DNA of 64,000 nt from Felis catus (taxonomy: Eukaryota): positions 117,864,001 to 117,928,000 of the forward strand of contig NC_058368.1 in assembly GCF_018350175.1 (NCBI RefSeq), in the 5' to 3' direction. The notes under the pieces were generated by a model that did no database searches, was not told the DNA's origin, and saw nothing but the letters and a program-made list of their open reading frames with translations. The position numbers and the translations under genes were made by a program. Positions 48,606 to 60,566 of the stretch are shown here, in pieces (within the stretch, counting starts at the first letter, position 1; each line of letters opens with the position of its first letter).

Positions 48606-49008
48606 GCCAAATTCAGCCCAGTCATTTGATCAGTGGGAGAGCTGAGGCCCAGGCGTGATTGGGAGGACAGACAGTAACATGTACACCGTCACCTAGTCTG
48701 TTTGTGGCAGAATTGGGACAAGTTCTGCCAGGCTGGATTTCTTTCTGTCCCTTCTCCTGCTGGTCCAGGTAGGAGAGGCTGAAATTTCTCAAATCTCACC
48801 GTTTCCCATAGTTGGTCTGCTCATCTCTCCTTGGGATGGGCTTGGTCCTCTGCTGACCTTATCCCCATTAGCAAACTCCAGGTGGAATCTCTTCCTCTTC
48901 TTTCAGGCGTGTCAGTCATTCAGATTGCAGGTTTTGGCTTTTTGGTCAGTGTTGTGAATAAGAGAGCTAGAAGAATGCTCTCTGACTTTCATAAAATACC
49001 AGGTCCCA

Positions 49009-49218
49009 GGGAGCATGGATGGCTCAGTTGGTTGAGTGTCTCCCTTCAGCTCAGGTCATGATCTCATGGTTCATAAGTTCAAGCCCTGTATCTGGCTCAC
49101 TGTTGTCAGCTCAGAGCCTGCTTCAGATCTTCGGTCCCCCTCTGTCAGTCCCTACCCCCGTCACACACTCTCTCTCAAAAATAAACAAACATTTATTAAA
49201 AAAAAAAAAAAAAAAAAG
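49009..49218 (+). mobile_element. CanSINE
   Basis: Body plus long A tail; TSD aaaataccaggt / aaaagaccaggt. Confidence 0.92.
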
Positions 49219-49841
49219 AAAAGACCAGGTTCTTCACAAGTTAAGTTAGCTAAGTTCTGGCTCCTGCCCCATTGCATTTTCTTCTAAAGGAGGGCTCTGT
49301 GCGTGCCCCTTCTCTTGAGTGGACAGCACATTCTGCTCCATATAACAGCATCCCATGGTCGTGAAAAGGATCCAGGAGTGGGCTTCTGGCTGAAGGGAAG
49401 GGGGCAACTACAGGCTGGCCAAGAATCTCCAAGAGTCATAGACTTGAAAGGATGGTCTGAACCAGTCAGATTGATTCCGTGGGACTTCAGAATTGGAAAA
49501 TTTAGAAGCCAAGGCCATTAGCAATGGGGACCAAAGCTGAAAGGCTGTTTGGGATTACATGATGTAGAAGTCTAGGTAGCCCTGAGGAACCATGTGCAAG
49601 CTGAGGGAAGGCAAAGTAAGTTGAGGACAGCAGGCAGTGGAGAGAACAGAGAAGAGACAGGGAGAAACAGAGACCCCTAAGAAAGATCTGCAGTTGTAAT
49701 TTTAGTTCTACTGAGGCCTGATTTCTCTGTGACTTCTATCCCTGGCATCCAGCACATTCCCTCTTACGTCCTGACCACAGACATCCTTTGCTTGAGCTAA
49801 CCTGGGTGGGCCTCTTTTCTTTGCAACTCAAGGTGCTAGAT

Positions 49842-50068
49842 CAGGGATTGGCAACTTTTTCTGTAAAGGGCAGATAGTAAATATTTTCAGTTTGCCATCC
49901 TAATTTTAGTCTTGCAACACAGTATCTGTTGAAACTCCTCACTGCTGCCTTCCTAGAGCAAAAGCAGTCATAGACAATATATAAATAAATGGGGATAGCT
50001 GTGTTGCAATAAAACTTTGTTTTCAAAAACTGGTGACCAGCTCACAAGACGAAGTTGCCAAACTCCTG
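49842..50068 (+). mobile_element. MER58A-like hAT-Charlie MITE
   Basis: TIRs cagggattggcaac / gttgccaaactcctg; perfect 8-bp TSD TGCTAGAT (49834-41, 50069-76). Confidence 0.9.
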
Positions 50069-50201
50069 TGCTAGATTAAAAATTTAGCGTCACATAGACC
50101 TGGGGTGGATTAATCTAATTCTTTATAAAGACTGAAAATGTCCCCTTGTCCCTTTGAGTTCAGCCCAGGTCTCCTTTGACTGTGGATTTAGAGTAAGTAC
50201 A

Positions 50202-50418
50202 GAGGTGCCTGGGTAGCTCAGTTGGTTAAGCGTCTGACTTCAGCTCAGGTCATGGTCTTGGGGTTTGTGGGTTCCAGCTCTGCATCGGGCTCTGTGCTAT
50301 CAGCGCAGAGCCCGCTTTGGATCCTCTGTCCCCTCTCTCTGCTTGTGTGCACGCTCTCTCTCCCTTGCTCTCCCTCTCTCTCTCAAAAGGAAGTAAACAT
50401 TAAAAAAAATGTTTTTTA
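50202..50418 (+). mobile_element. CanSINE
   Basis: Head 'gaggtgcctgggtagctcagttggttaagcgtc', CT tract, A tail. Confidence 0.92.
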
Positions 50419-50767
50419 AAGAGTGAATGCAATATGGGCTCCATATTCCCCTCGTACCCTCTTTACTCATAGTGCTCTGTCACTTCTCCAGGCTGGCCAG
50501 TTACCCCAGACCCCAAAAGTTTGTAGGAGTCAGGATTACCCAACTGGCAGACCAAGCATATGCTCAAGGGACCTGCAAAGCAATTGCTCCCTAGACTCAG
50601 CTTCAGCGAACTATGCAAATTTTTACAAAATGAAAATCTAGGGGGGGAAACCTCGTCATTTCAACATACTTATGAGTGTTGTAATATTCTGAAAAATCAA
50701 ATAAAATATTTAAATTACATTTCCATAATTACTAACATGAAGTAGAGTTTAAAAAATAAGGGAATAA

Positions 50768-50985
50768 GGGGCTCCTGGGTGGTTCAGTTGGTTAAGCATC
50801 CGATTTTGGCTCAGGTCATGATCTCGTGGTTTGTGGGTTCAAGCTCCACATTGGGCTCTGTGCTGCCAGCTGGGAGCCTGGAGCTTGCTTCAGATTCTGT
50901 GTCTTCCTCTCTTTCTGTCCCTCCCCTTCTCGCTCTCTCTCTCTCTCTCTCTCTCAAAAATAAATAAACATTAACAAAAATTTTT
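50768..50985 (+). mobile_element. CanSINE (SINEC_Fc-type)
   Basis: Complete body; TSD aaaaataagggaat / aaaaataaaggaat. Confidence 0.94.
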
Positions 50986-51005
50986 TTAAAAATAAAGGAA
51001 TGGTT

Positions 51006-51096
51006 GGGATACCCGGCTGGCTCAGTCAGTAGAGCCTGTGACTCTTGATCTTGGGGTTGGGAGTTCAAGCCCCACGTTGGGCATAGTGCTTAAAAC
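51006..51096 (+). mobile_element. Short tRNA(Lys)-like CanSINE
   Basis: 'ggctggctcagtcagtagagcctgtgactcttgatcttggggttgggagttcaagccccacgttgggc'. Confidence 0.85.
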
Positions 51097-51108
51097 ATTT
51101 TTATTCTA

Positions 51109-51315
51109 GGGAGCCTGGGTGGCTCAGTGGGTTGAGCATCCAACTTCAGGTCAAGTCACTATCTCACAGTTGGTGAGATGGAGCCATGCATGGAGCTTGC
51201 TGCTGTCAACACAGAGCCTGCTTTGGATCCTCTGTCCCCGTCTCTTTGTGCCCCTTCCCCACTCATGCACATGTTCTTTCTTTCTCTCTCCTAAATAAAC
51301 ATTTTTAAAAAATTA
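51109..51315 (+). mobile_element. CanSINE
   Basis: Diverged body with AATAAA/A tail. Confidence 0.9.
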
Positions 51316-52443
51316 AAAAAAGGAATTTTTTTAATTGGCAAACTGGTCTGAAGAGACACTGCCCATTCTAAAGTCAGTGACAGCCAGTACTCAGCTCTAG
51401 TTCACTGTTCCCTTGAGAAATGCAAGCCATCTGATATTGCCTGAGTTGTCAGTTCTTGGTATCAGAATTTTTTTTTAATGTAAAAACATGTAGATTTTTA
51501 CAATTAGCAGCTAATTTAAGTTGGGAAGAAAAATTGTTGTTATTGAATAATGTCTACAAGTCAGTTTGAGCCCCTGGAGTCCTCAGAGCCAGGTTGTGCC
51601 TGTCCCTGTGCCCACGCTGGACTGCGCTCCCTTGGGCACGTTCGCCTCTCCCCTTGGAGAAGGAAGGCCCGGCATGTGTGTTTGAGCTCTTGGGAAGGAA
51701 ACTGAGTCCAGAAAGAATAGGTGCCTTGCTTTTTACTCCCTGAGTCAGAACCAGAGTTGAGCTGCAACCATTCAGGCTCCTGGTTTCTACTTGAAAACTG
51801 ACGCGTCCCAAACTGAAGCCGGCCTTTCAAACATTTCTCCGCTCATTCACTCTTCCACATCTGGGCTGTGTTCGCAGTGGTATCCGCCTGTGGTTGCTAC
51901 AGTTGGCAGGAGGGGCTCTGACAAACCAAAAGAGTTGGATACGTTTAATAAGTCAGAACACCGAGCTGGGATCTTGTCCTGAGACGTGAGCAGCTCTCCG
52001 CTTGCCCTTCAAGCACGTGTTGGGGAACAGACCTTTCTCTGGTCCTCACGTGGAGTAGCTCCAGGGTGAATCATAGATTGTTTTTTCAAATTCGAGAATA
52101 TGTTTCCTCCATAAGGCCACAACAGGAAGAAATACTCTGTTTGCCAAACAAATGTCATGAGAGTTCAGTAAGATAAGTGACTTAAAAACAGGGACACGGC
52201 TTCCAGAGGTGTGTGTGGACATTCTTTTTCTAGAGAATCTTAAAGATGCACTTTAAGATGGTTATCAGGGCAGCTTGGAGGACAGGGGCTAGATCCTCTG
52301 AGGACCTCTTCCAGAGAATGTCAAGCCTGGTTACAGATTGGGGCCAAGTCCAGATGGATTGAATGTAGCTGCTTCTCCAAGAGTATGTCTCTGGCTATAT
52401 GCCTGAGCCAAATGAAGGTTTTTGGATTATGCAGGGTTTTTTT

Positions 52444-52557
52444 CCCTTTATTTAACAATTTTTTCCTAAGTGAGCTCCATGCCCAGCATGGGGCTTAAAC
52501 TCACAATCCTAAGTTCAAGAGACGCATCCTATACTGACCGAGCCAGCCAGGTGCTCC
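52444..52557 (-). mobile_element. Short tRNA-like CanSINE
   Basis: Antisense head '...tactgaccgagccagccaggtgctcc'. Confidence 0.85.
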
Positions 52558-52572
52558 TCCAGTGTTTTGTTT

Positions 52573-52785
52573 TTGTTTTGTTTTGTTTTGTTTTAATTTT
52601 TTAATGTTTATTTTGGGAGAGAGTGAGACACACACAGTGCAAGTGGAGGAGGGGCAGAGAGAGAGGGAGACACAGAATCCAAAGCAGGCTCCAGGCTCTA
52701 AGCTGCCAGCATAGAGCCCAGTGCGGGGCTCAAACCCGCCAACTGTGAGATCAGACCCTTAACCGACTGACCCACCCAGGTGCCC
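52573..52785 (-). mobile_element. CanSINE (SINEC_Fc-type, small internal deletion)
   Basis: Antisense body with (TTTTG)n tail; TSD ccagtgtttt on both sides. Confidence 0.93.
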
Positions 52786-53399
52786 CCAGTGTTTTTGTTT
52801 TAATACAGGCCTCCTCTTCCTTCCATGAGGCCAGGCCAACCTGTTGTTATCAGTATTGGTTCGGTAACTGCAAGTTGTCAGTCTGTTTCTCTCTGGCCAT
52901 TGGGGGTGGCGTTTGGAGTCAGACAGTCTGGGTTCTAATTTTAATTCTACTACTGTTAGCCATGTCGCTTTGGCATATTATTTAATCTCCCTGTATCTCA
53001 GCTTTCCCATCTGTAGCATGGGAACAATAACAGTGTCTACCTCTTAAGGTTCTTGTAACATTCAAATAAAATATGCCTTCTTTCAATCCTAAATATTTAT
53101 TGAGCACCTGCTTCTTAGGTGCTGGAAATAAAATAGAGAATTAGGCACTGCTTCTGCTCTCAAGATGTTAATATTCTCAAGTGTGCTCAGCAAATGTTAG
53201 GTGATATTCTTATTGTTGATGTTTTGTTGATGCTGTTGCTATCCATGTTCTCACTACCTAATCATAGGGAGAGGGAGAGAGAATCCCCATTTGTGGCTGT
53301 TAGTTTTCCTAAATAAGCATGCTGTGTAAGATCCATCCTTCAATGTATGATACCCATTTCTTAGAGCCTGCTCTGTGTCAGACACCAGCTCCCAGAGTA

Positions 53400-53936
53400 C
53401 CTGGACATTTAAAACGTGCCCACTAGTTATTTGATGCTTCTTTCTTCAAGAAGTAGAGTTGAACTCCTCTCCCTATGAATGTAGTTGTGCTTAGTAGTTT
53501 CTAACAAATGAAATGTAGCCTAAAGGATGGGGTGTGTGACCTCTAAGAGCAAGTCACAAAAGGCATTGTGGCTTCCCCCTTCCTCTGGCTGGGATCACAT
53601 GCTCTAGGGGGAAACCAGCTGCCATATTGTGATGAGGACTCTCCAACAGCCCTAAGGAAGGGCTCACGCGGTAAGGAACTCAAGCCTCCTTCCAACAGCC
53701 AGCAGGGAACTGAGGTCTCCTGATAACAGCTGTGTCAGTGAGCCGTCTTGGAAGAGCACCCTCCTTCCCCAGTCAAGCTGCTGCCTGCATCTTAACCACA
53801 ACCTAATGAGAGAGCCTCAGTCAGAACCATGCAGTTTAGCTGCTTCTGGATTCCTGAATTGCAACAGAATACATGTTTGTTGTTTAAGCCACTAAGTTGT
53901 GAGGTCATTTGTTACACAGCGATAGATAATGAAACA
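53400..53936 (+). mobile_element. MaLR LTR (MLT1F-like)
   Basis: 'aggaactcaagcctccttccaacagccagc', end 'tttaagccactaagttgtgaggtcatttgttacacagcgatagataatgaaaca'. Confidence 0.85.
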
Positions 53937-54592
53937 TTGCCTTTACCTTGAACAGACTTTGGAGGAAGATTCTTTCTAAATACTGGGGTGGAAGTCTATA
54001 GAGTTATTTATATACCAAAATCTCAGTGGATTTCTGTGTTAGTACAAGGAGAAAATAAGGTAGGGGAAGCTGGAAGATCTTGAGTGTGGCTACAGATATC
54101 ATAATTTCACTGGTATGGAAGTCACCACTCAGATTGATATCAGAATGCTACAGAGTTTGTGCATCAGGACAGATTGATATTAATTACATATTCCTGAGCA
54201 CTCCTGCGTGAGCTGGAGATATAGAGGAAAAGATTTCAAAGGTTCCATTCCTGTGTGGGAAGATGGTACCCAGTGAAATCCAGCTTTGCAGTGTTCCAGT
54301 TGCTTGGTGATAATGTTATCATAGCCAAAGGACTCCATCATCAAGAGAGGAAATTGCCTCGGTAGTTGTCAGAGAGATACTTTTCTAGGGATTAGGGAAG
54401 ATAGAAGCTGCAAGAAAGTGATAGGTCCGTGCTAAGGCAGTGATTCTGCTTTTTTTCTGCAACATCGTGGCATCCGCCAGCCTCTGGCTTCTCGGAGGTC
54501 TCCCATCTCCACCCCTGTCATTTGGTTCTGATGAGACCCCTCATCAAGAGCATGAGACCCCTCATTCCCTTCCTCTCTCCCTTACTCCCCAC

Positions 54593-55263
54593 CTGCAATG
54601 GTGAATTTTGTGTCACCTTGCCTGGGCCACAGAGTAACCAGACATTGGCCAAACATCATTCAGGATGTGTCCATGAGGGAGTTTTTGGATAGGATTAACA
54701 CTGAAATTCGTAGACAGCAGATTGCCTTCCTGAATGTGAAGGAGCCTCATCCAATCAACTGAAGACCTGAGTAGAACCAAAAAAGCCAGGTAAGAATGAC
54801 CTCCTCTTGCCTCACTGAATGAGCTAGGACATTGCTGCTTTTCTGAGCCTTTTGACTCAGACTAAGCATCAGGCCTTCTTGGGTCATGAGCCTATCAGCT
54901 TTAGGACTGGAATTTGCATCAGCAGTTCTCCTGGCCCTCAAGCCTTCAGACTCAGACTAGAACTACACATCGATTCTCCACTTGGCAACAGAAGATCCTG
55001 GGACTTTTCCGTCTCTGTAATCATTTGAACCAATTCTTTATAATTAATCCCATATATATATATACATATATATATATAATTATATATAATATAATATTAT
55101 ATTATATATTATAATATATATTATATATAATAATTATATAATATTATAATATATAATTAATCCCATATATATACATACATATATATATGTATGGGATACA
55201 TATATATATATGTATGGGATACATATATATATGTATGGGATTAATTATATATACATATATATA

Positions 55264-55311
<48 letters not shown>

Positions 55312-55388
55312 TATATATAAAATTAATCCCTGTCTATTTCAGTATACACATCCTACTGGTTCTTTCTCTCTGGAGAAGCCTAATACCC
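54593..55388 (+). mobile_element. ERVL LTR (MLT2B-like) with an expanded internal AT tract
   Basis: 'cctcatccaatcaactgaagacctgagtagaac', end 'catcctactggttctttctctctggagaagcctaatac'. Confidence 0.85.
55039..55330. repeat. Complex (TA)n-rich repeat with direct and inverted anchor copies
   Basis: TAATTAATCCCAT at 55041 and 55154, inverted at 55235-47, partial at 55321. Confidence 0.95.
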
Positions 55389-55488
55389 CACCTACCCAGG
55401 CCTTCTACTTTTCACCATTTCTACAGTCCCTTCCTGCTCTAATCCACCATTGTCCCTCACCTAACCACATGAGTCTCCTCGTTGGTCT

Positions 55489-55972
55489 TGTGGTGGGTGG
55501 AATTGTGCCCCCCCCCCCCCAGAAAAAAAGATATCAACAGTCCCTGACCCTTGATACCTTGTGAATGTTGCCTATTTGAAAAACAGGTCTTTACAAATAT
55601 AATTAGGTTAAGGATCCCAAGATGCGATCACCCTGGAATAACTGGATAGGCCCTAAACCCAACAAAAAGTGTCCTTATAAGAAAAGGAGAGGTGCAGGCG
55701 CACTGGGGAGAAGACACAGAGAGAAGAGGTGTGAAGACAGAAGCAGAGAAGGGCATTATGCTACCACAAGCCCCGGAAGACTTGGGGCCTCCAGGTGCTG
55801 AGAGACGAGATTCTTCACCTGGAGCCTCCAGAGGGATCACAGCCCCCCCCCCAACCCCCAACACCTTGATGGTGGACTTCTGCCCTCTAGAACTGTGAGA
55901 GGATAAGTTTCTGTTGTTTTAAGTCACCCAGTTTGTGGTCCTGTGTTACAGCAGCCCCAGGAAACAGATCCA
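55489..55972 (+). mobile_element. MaLR LTR (MLT1C-like)
   Basis: TG...CA ends; 'ctagaactgtgagaggataagtttctgttgttttaagtcacccagtttgtgg'. Confidence 0.88.
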
Positions 55973-56074
55973 GTCCCCTCCTTCTGCTCTTGACCCACTG
56001 TGATCCATTCTCCACCCCACAGCCTGAGCCATCTTTGAGAAATACAAATCCCATAACTTCTACTAAAAATATTG

Positions 56075-56078
<4 letters not shown>

Positions 56079-56112
<34 letters not shown>
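56079..56112. repeat. (GT)17 microsatellite
   Basis: Directly visible. Confidence 0.97.
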
Positions 56113-56114
<2 letters not shown>

Positions 56115-57369
56115 CCACATGTAGAATAAAATACAAACCCATACCCATAGCCTACACCAAAGCCCAGCCAGGCCCAGCCCTTGCTGTCTCTGGGCTGGGA
56201 CAGCTCTCACACAGCCAACCCTGTCCCTCAGCACGCTCCCGTTACAGTCACTGTCTGAAGTACACCGAGCCCTCTCCTCTCCCATGTCTTTACAGTGGCC
56301 CTTCCATTTTGGTCCTTTGTCATCCTTCAGGTCTCCATTTAAATGTTCCCATCCCAAAGAGAACCTCCCTACCACATTCGAAATGCTCTCCACCAGCCCC
56401 CTGTGCAAACCACACCGTCACCATGTTTGTTCCCTTCATGCCTCCTGGCACTGTTTGAAATGAACTCGTTTGTTTACGTGTTAAATCTGTTCCCTGTCCT
56501 CACCAAGGCGGTGAGGACTGTGTGTGTTCTGTTTGCCGGTGCATCCTCCACATCCACAAGAGTGCATAGTGGCTTTTGACAGATGCTTGTAAATACACTC
56601 TTGCGTGACTTTCTTGTTTCTTTTCAGTCAACAGATGTATATTGAGCATTCAGTTTGTGCCAGGAGTATACCACAGCCAGTCTCAGTGACAATTGTCATG
56701 TATTTTTCCTTTTAAATTTAAATTGTATGTATTTCTTAAATTAGGTAATGCTGTGAATGGAATAAAATTCCAGAAGTAACCCAGCTATTCAGCTAACGCC
56801 TCTTTGCCAGGTATTCAGCTATTATCTCTCAGGTCTAAACTTTCCTGCTCAGTTTTTGGATGCTGCAGCTGGGGCCTCTGCACGAGGCATTTCTGCTTTG
56901 GCGGCTGCCCCAGGTGAGACTCTCCCCACAGCAGGGACAGGGCCAGAAGGGGGCTAAGAAGAAACTTTCTCCTTCCCTGGGCTTTCTGTCTACTTCCTAC
57001 ACTGGGAACATCATGCAGCCTCACTTCTTCATCTTGGCATCCTGAAGCAGTAGCTGAATCCAATTTGTGGTTTCTCTACCACCAGCTTCATTGTATCCCT
57101 CCCCCTGCCCCCAAAGAAACCAGACATCAGTGCCCCTCCTCAGATAGCACATGATAGGAGGTCCCCTGCCCCCCACGCCCCTGCAGCTGCCATCTCAGCA
57201 CATGATAGGAGGTCCCTTCCTCACCTGGGCCAACAAACCAGTTTCTTGTGTATCCTTTAGAGACCAATGTGTTTTTGAGTCAGTCTTATTAAATATGAAA
57301 TGAAATAAAACAGAAATCACTAAACTTTGCCAGTAATTAAGATAATAGCTACTAACTTTATTGTTAATA

Positions 57370-57760
57370 CCAGACTGTATTAAGAACTCGGGATTCATCA
57401 GATGGGGAAACTCAGGCAAAGAGAGAGTAGGCATCCCATCCAGGTCACATGGGTAGTGAATGTCAGAGCTGGTGGTTGAATCCAGGCTCACTGGCTTCAG
57501 CATCCTGACATTGAACCACTCTGCAACATTGCCTCCCCTGTGGTGGTGGTGTCCAGAGCTTAAATCTAAGACAGGAGCCTTGATTACTATATGCTGGCTT
57601 GTATCCTTGAGCAAATTATCTAATGTCTTTGGCCCTTACCCAACATGTGTGAAATGGGTAAAAATAAATACCTCATAGGGCTTTTCCAAGATTAAGCAAG
57701 ACAATGTATGGAAGCGTCTAATATAGATTGTGACATAAAAGCTCTTATAATTGACATTAT
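57370..57760. mobile_element. Two opposed MIRs
   Basis: 'cagatggggaaactcaggc' and 'gtgaaatgggtaaaataaatacctcataggg'. Confidence 0.7.
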
Positions 57761-57820
57761 CACTATACTTTCCTTATTTACTGTTTATATCTATCGTCTT
57801 CTCTTTTAACACCTGTAGGC

Positions 57821-58033
57821 CGTTGTGTGCTGTTAAATGTTGAACAGTGAGCTTTCTGAAAGTAAAACAGAGCCCTAATTTGTGATTTTTACTGACTGCT
57901 GTAGTGTTAATACTCCCAGCATGGCCAATTTCAAGCTACCAGTATGATGACAACTGGCTTTGAAATTTCCTGAGAATTTTAAGATTCTGCTCTTGAGAGC
58001 TGGTACAAAGGGATCTCACACAGCACGCCATAT
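57821..58033 (+). mobile_element. MER63A-like hAT-Blackjack MITE
   Basis: 'tgtgtgctgttaaatgttgaaca', 'aatactcccagcatggccaatttcaagctacca'. Confidence 0.75.
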
Positions 58034-58749
58034 AGGGTTCTTGGTGAGAAACCTAGGATAGGAACATTCTTTAATGAGAGCCTCAAGAACATCCATATTA
58101 CAAAAAAAACAAAAGAAAACACATTACCACTCCTTAGGGGTCAGGTAGGTGAATATGAACCGCTGAAGAGCCCCTGTCTTTTGTTCATGGATTCAGCATG
58201 TACTGCTGAGCTCCTGCTGTTTGCTCTCTCTGAAAGCACTTACTCACGAATAAAAACCTGCAGCTGCCCTGTTGAATGGGTTTTGTCCTGGGCTGTGTTC
58301 AGATTCCTGTCCAGAGGGTGCCCTTTCCCTCCTCAGCCCACCCTACCCCCTTCCTGTCCACACCCTAGCATCTGTACACAGAGCCTCAACTGTCCCCCGT
58401 GGGCTCCTCTTTCCCTGCACATGAGAGCTGTCCCTCTCAACTCCTCTGGTGCCCAGGTTGTCCGGGTGGCTCTCCTGTTTGTCTGATGACCTGTTTGTTT
58501 ACCCAGCTACCTCTTTCCCTTTGTCTCTGCAACCTTTCACTAACTGTGCTGTTGACTTCTCTGCCCCAAGTACAACATCCCCCACCAGATGCTGGGTCTA
58601 CTACAGACAAGATGAAGATCTGAGAGGCTATTGTGGTGGTGTGTAGTGAGTTATAACCAGTGTTGTGCAGTCAGATGAACCTGGGCTCAGAACTCAGCTC
58701 GTCATTTGCCAGAGCTGTGTTCTTGGGGCTGGCAAGTTCACTGTTTTAA

Positions 58750-58862
58750 TTTTTTTTTAAGTTTTTATTTTTAAGTAATCTCTCCATCCATTGTGGGGGT
58801 TGAACCCACAACCCCAAGATCAAGAGTTGCGTGCTCCACCAACTGAGCCCTCCAGGTGTCTC
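58750..58862 (-). mobile_element. Short tRNA-like CanSINE inserted in a MIR
   Basis: TSD caagttcactgttttaa (58733-49) / caagttaactattttaa (58864-80). Confidence 0.88.
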
Positions 58863-58978
58863 ACAAGTTAACTATTTTAAAACTTGGTTTTCTTTCTCTC
58901 TTCCTTCACTTTTTCTTGCCTCCTCCCCTCTTCCCCGCCACCCTTTCTACCCCCTCTCTCTTCCCTTGAGTTGCTGGC

Positions 58979-59355
58979 TGTCTTACTCTGTTCAGGGTGC
59001 TGTAACAGAATGTCACAGATGGGGTGGCTTATAAACAGCGGGTATTTATTTCTCACAGTTCTAGAGTCTGGAAGTCTGAGATCAAGGTGCCAGCATGGTG
59101 AGGGTCTGGTGCAGGCCCTCTTTGAGATTACAGACTGATACCTTCTTGAGTGTCCTCACATGACAAAAGGGACTAGGAAGCTGTCTCTGGGCCCCCTCTT
59201 TTAAGGGCACTATTCATTCCCATTCATGAGGGCTCTACCCTCATGACCTCATCACCTCCAAAGGCCCCATCTCCTAATACCACCACCTTGGGCATTAGGA
59301 TTTCAGCATATGAATTTGGGGGGGGGGCAGAAGTTACAACTGTTGAGACCACAGC
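58979..59355 (-). mobile_element. MaLR LTR (MLT1A-like)
   Basis: 'ttctcacagttctagagtctggaagtctgagatcaaggtgccagca', 'catgagggctctaccctcatgacct'. Confidence 0.85.
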
Positions 59356-60566
59356 TGTGGCTTTACGTTTATGTTTTGGTTAGTTTTTTGAATTAGTTTT
59401 TTAGCCAAACATGGTTTAGAGTCAAGTACTTCTACAAAAGTTATTTAAAAATGCCAGCTCTCCCCTCACCCCATTTTCTCCTCCCCAGAGGCAACTACTT
59501 TGAAGTTCGTTAAGTTATTTCTTCCGGTAATTACCTCTGCCTATCTAAATAACATAATTAGCTTGCTACTTTTGTGATTTCTGTGTTTCAGGCATTATCT
59601 TTGGCTTCTACCATGAAACAGGACCATATATATAGTAATATACACTGTGTGTATCTTTCCATTAGGCAGTATTTCACATGGACTAAAATGAGAAGGTCAA
59701 AGGGTTAGCTTAGGTTTCTAGATTAGAACATGAGGATTGCTCCTTTGGCACCTTCATCCCTTCCTCATGTGTCCACACCCCCTGCCCCTTCCTCTCTCCC
59801 AGGATAGTTCTATCTGATGTTTATTAGATCAGTGTTTAGCCTGTGCTCTAATACTATAAGTGCTCTGGAATGCTGTTCACAGCTGAGCCATGTAGTATCT
59901 GCATATATTTTTCCTTTCGCCTGTAGTTGTTGTTGTTTTCCCTGGTGTTAACACTTGTCCAGATTTCTTTGCTCGGTATTTAATATGAGTATCATAAATT
60001 CAACTCAGAGAATCCCTAATGTGAATTTCCTCCTCTCAATACATTAAAATACACAAGACATTTTGTCAGCTCAGAGAAATGCCTGACCGTTGGGCCTGCC
60101 TGGCTTTGTTTTTTTCTGGGCCTCAAGCACAGTTATTGTCTCGGGTCTTCTGTATTGTCATCCAGGGTTCCTGTCGCCTCCCTCTGCTGTCGGACCCACC
60201 TTTACCAGAATCTCACACCTACTGGTAGATCACATCATTCGGCAGCTTCCTCAGACCTTGTGTGTCTGAAGGTGCCTTATTCTACCCTTACCTTTAAGTG
60301 ACACTTTGGGTGAGGAATTCTAGGTTGGAAATCATTTGTTATCAGAATTTTGAACACATGGCTTTGTTTTTTTCTAACTTTGCAAATTGCAGTTGAATGA
60401 CATCATGTCATAATGATTCTTTGCTGAAATATTTTTGGTCTCTGGAAACTTATTTTTTCTTTGTCTGCAGTTTTCTGAAATTTCACAGCAGTGTGCCTTG
60501 ATGTGAGACTATTTTCATCCATTATTCAGGGCACTCTGCAAACTCGTGTAATAAAAACAATCTTAT

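Larger units (their letters stand above)
55395..56600 (+). mobile_element. L2 split by an MLT1C-like LTR and a GT repeat
   Basis: L2 motif 'tctcctcgttggtct' resumes after the LTR as 'ccctccttctgctcttg...attctccacc'. Confidence 0.6.

Noticed and set aside
51006..51096. tRNA-Lys-like sequence
   Set aside because: Short CanSINE with a GGGATACC leader, disrupted stems and A-rich tail; not a functional tRNA. The same applies to the copies at about 5400, 52444 and 58750.
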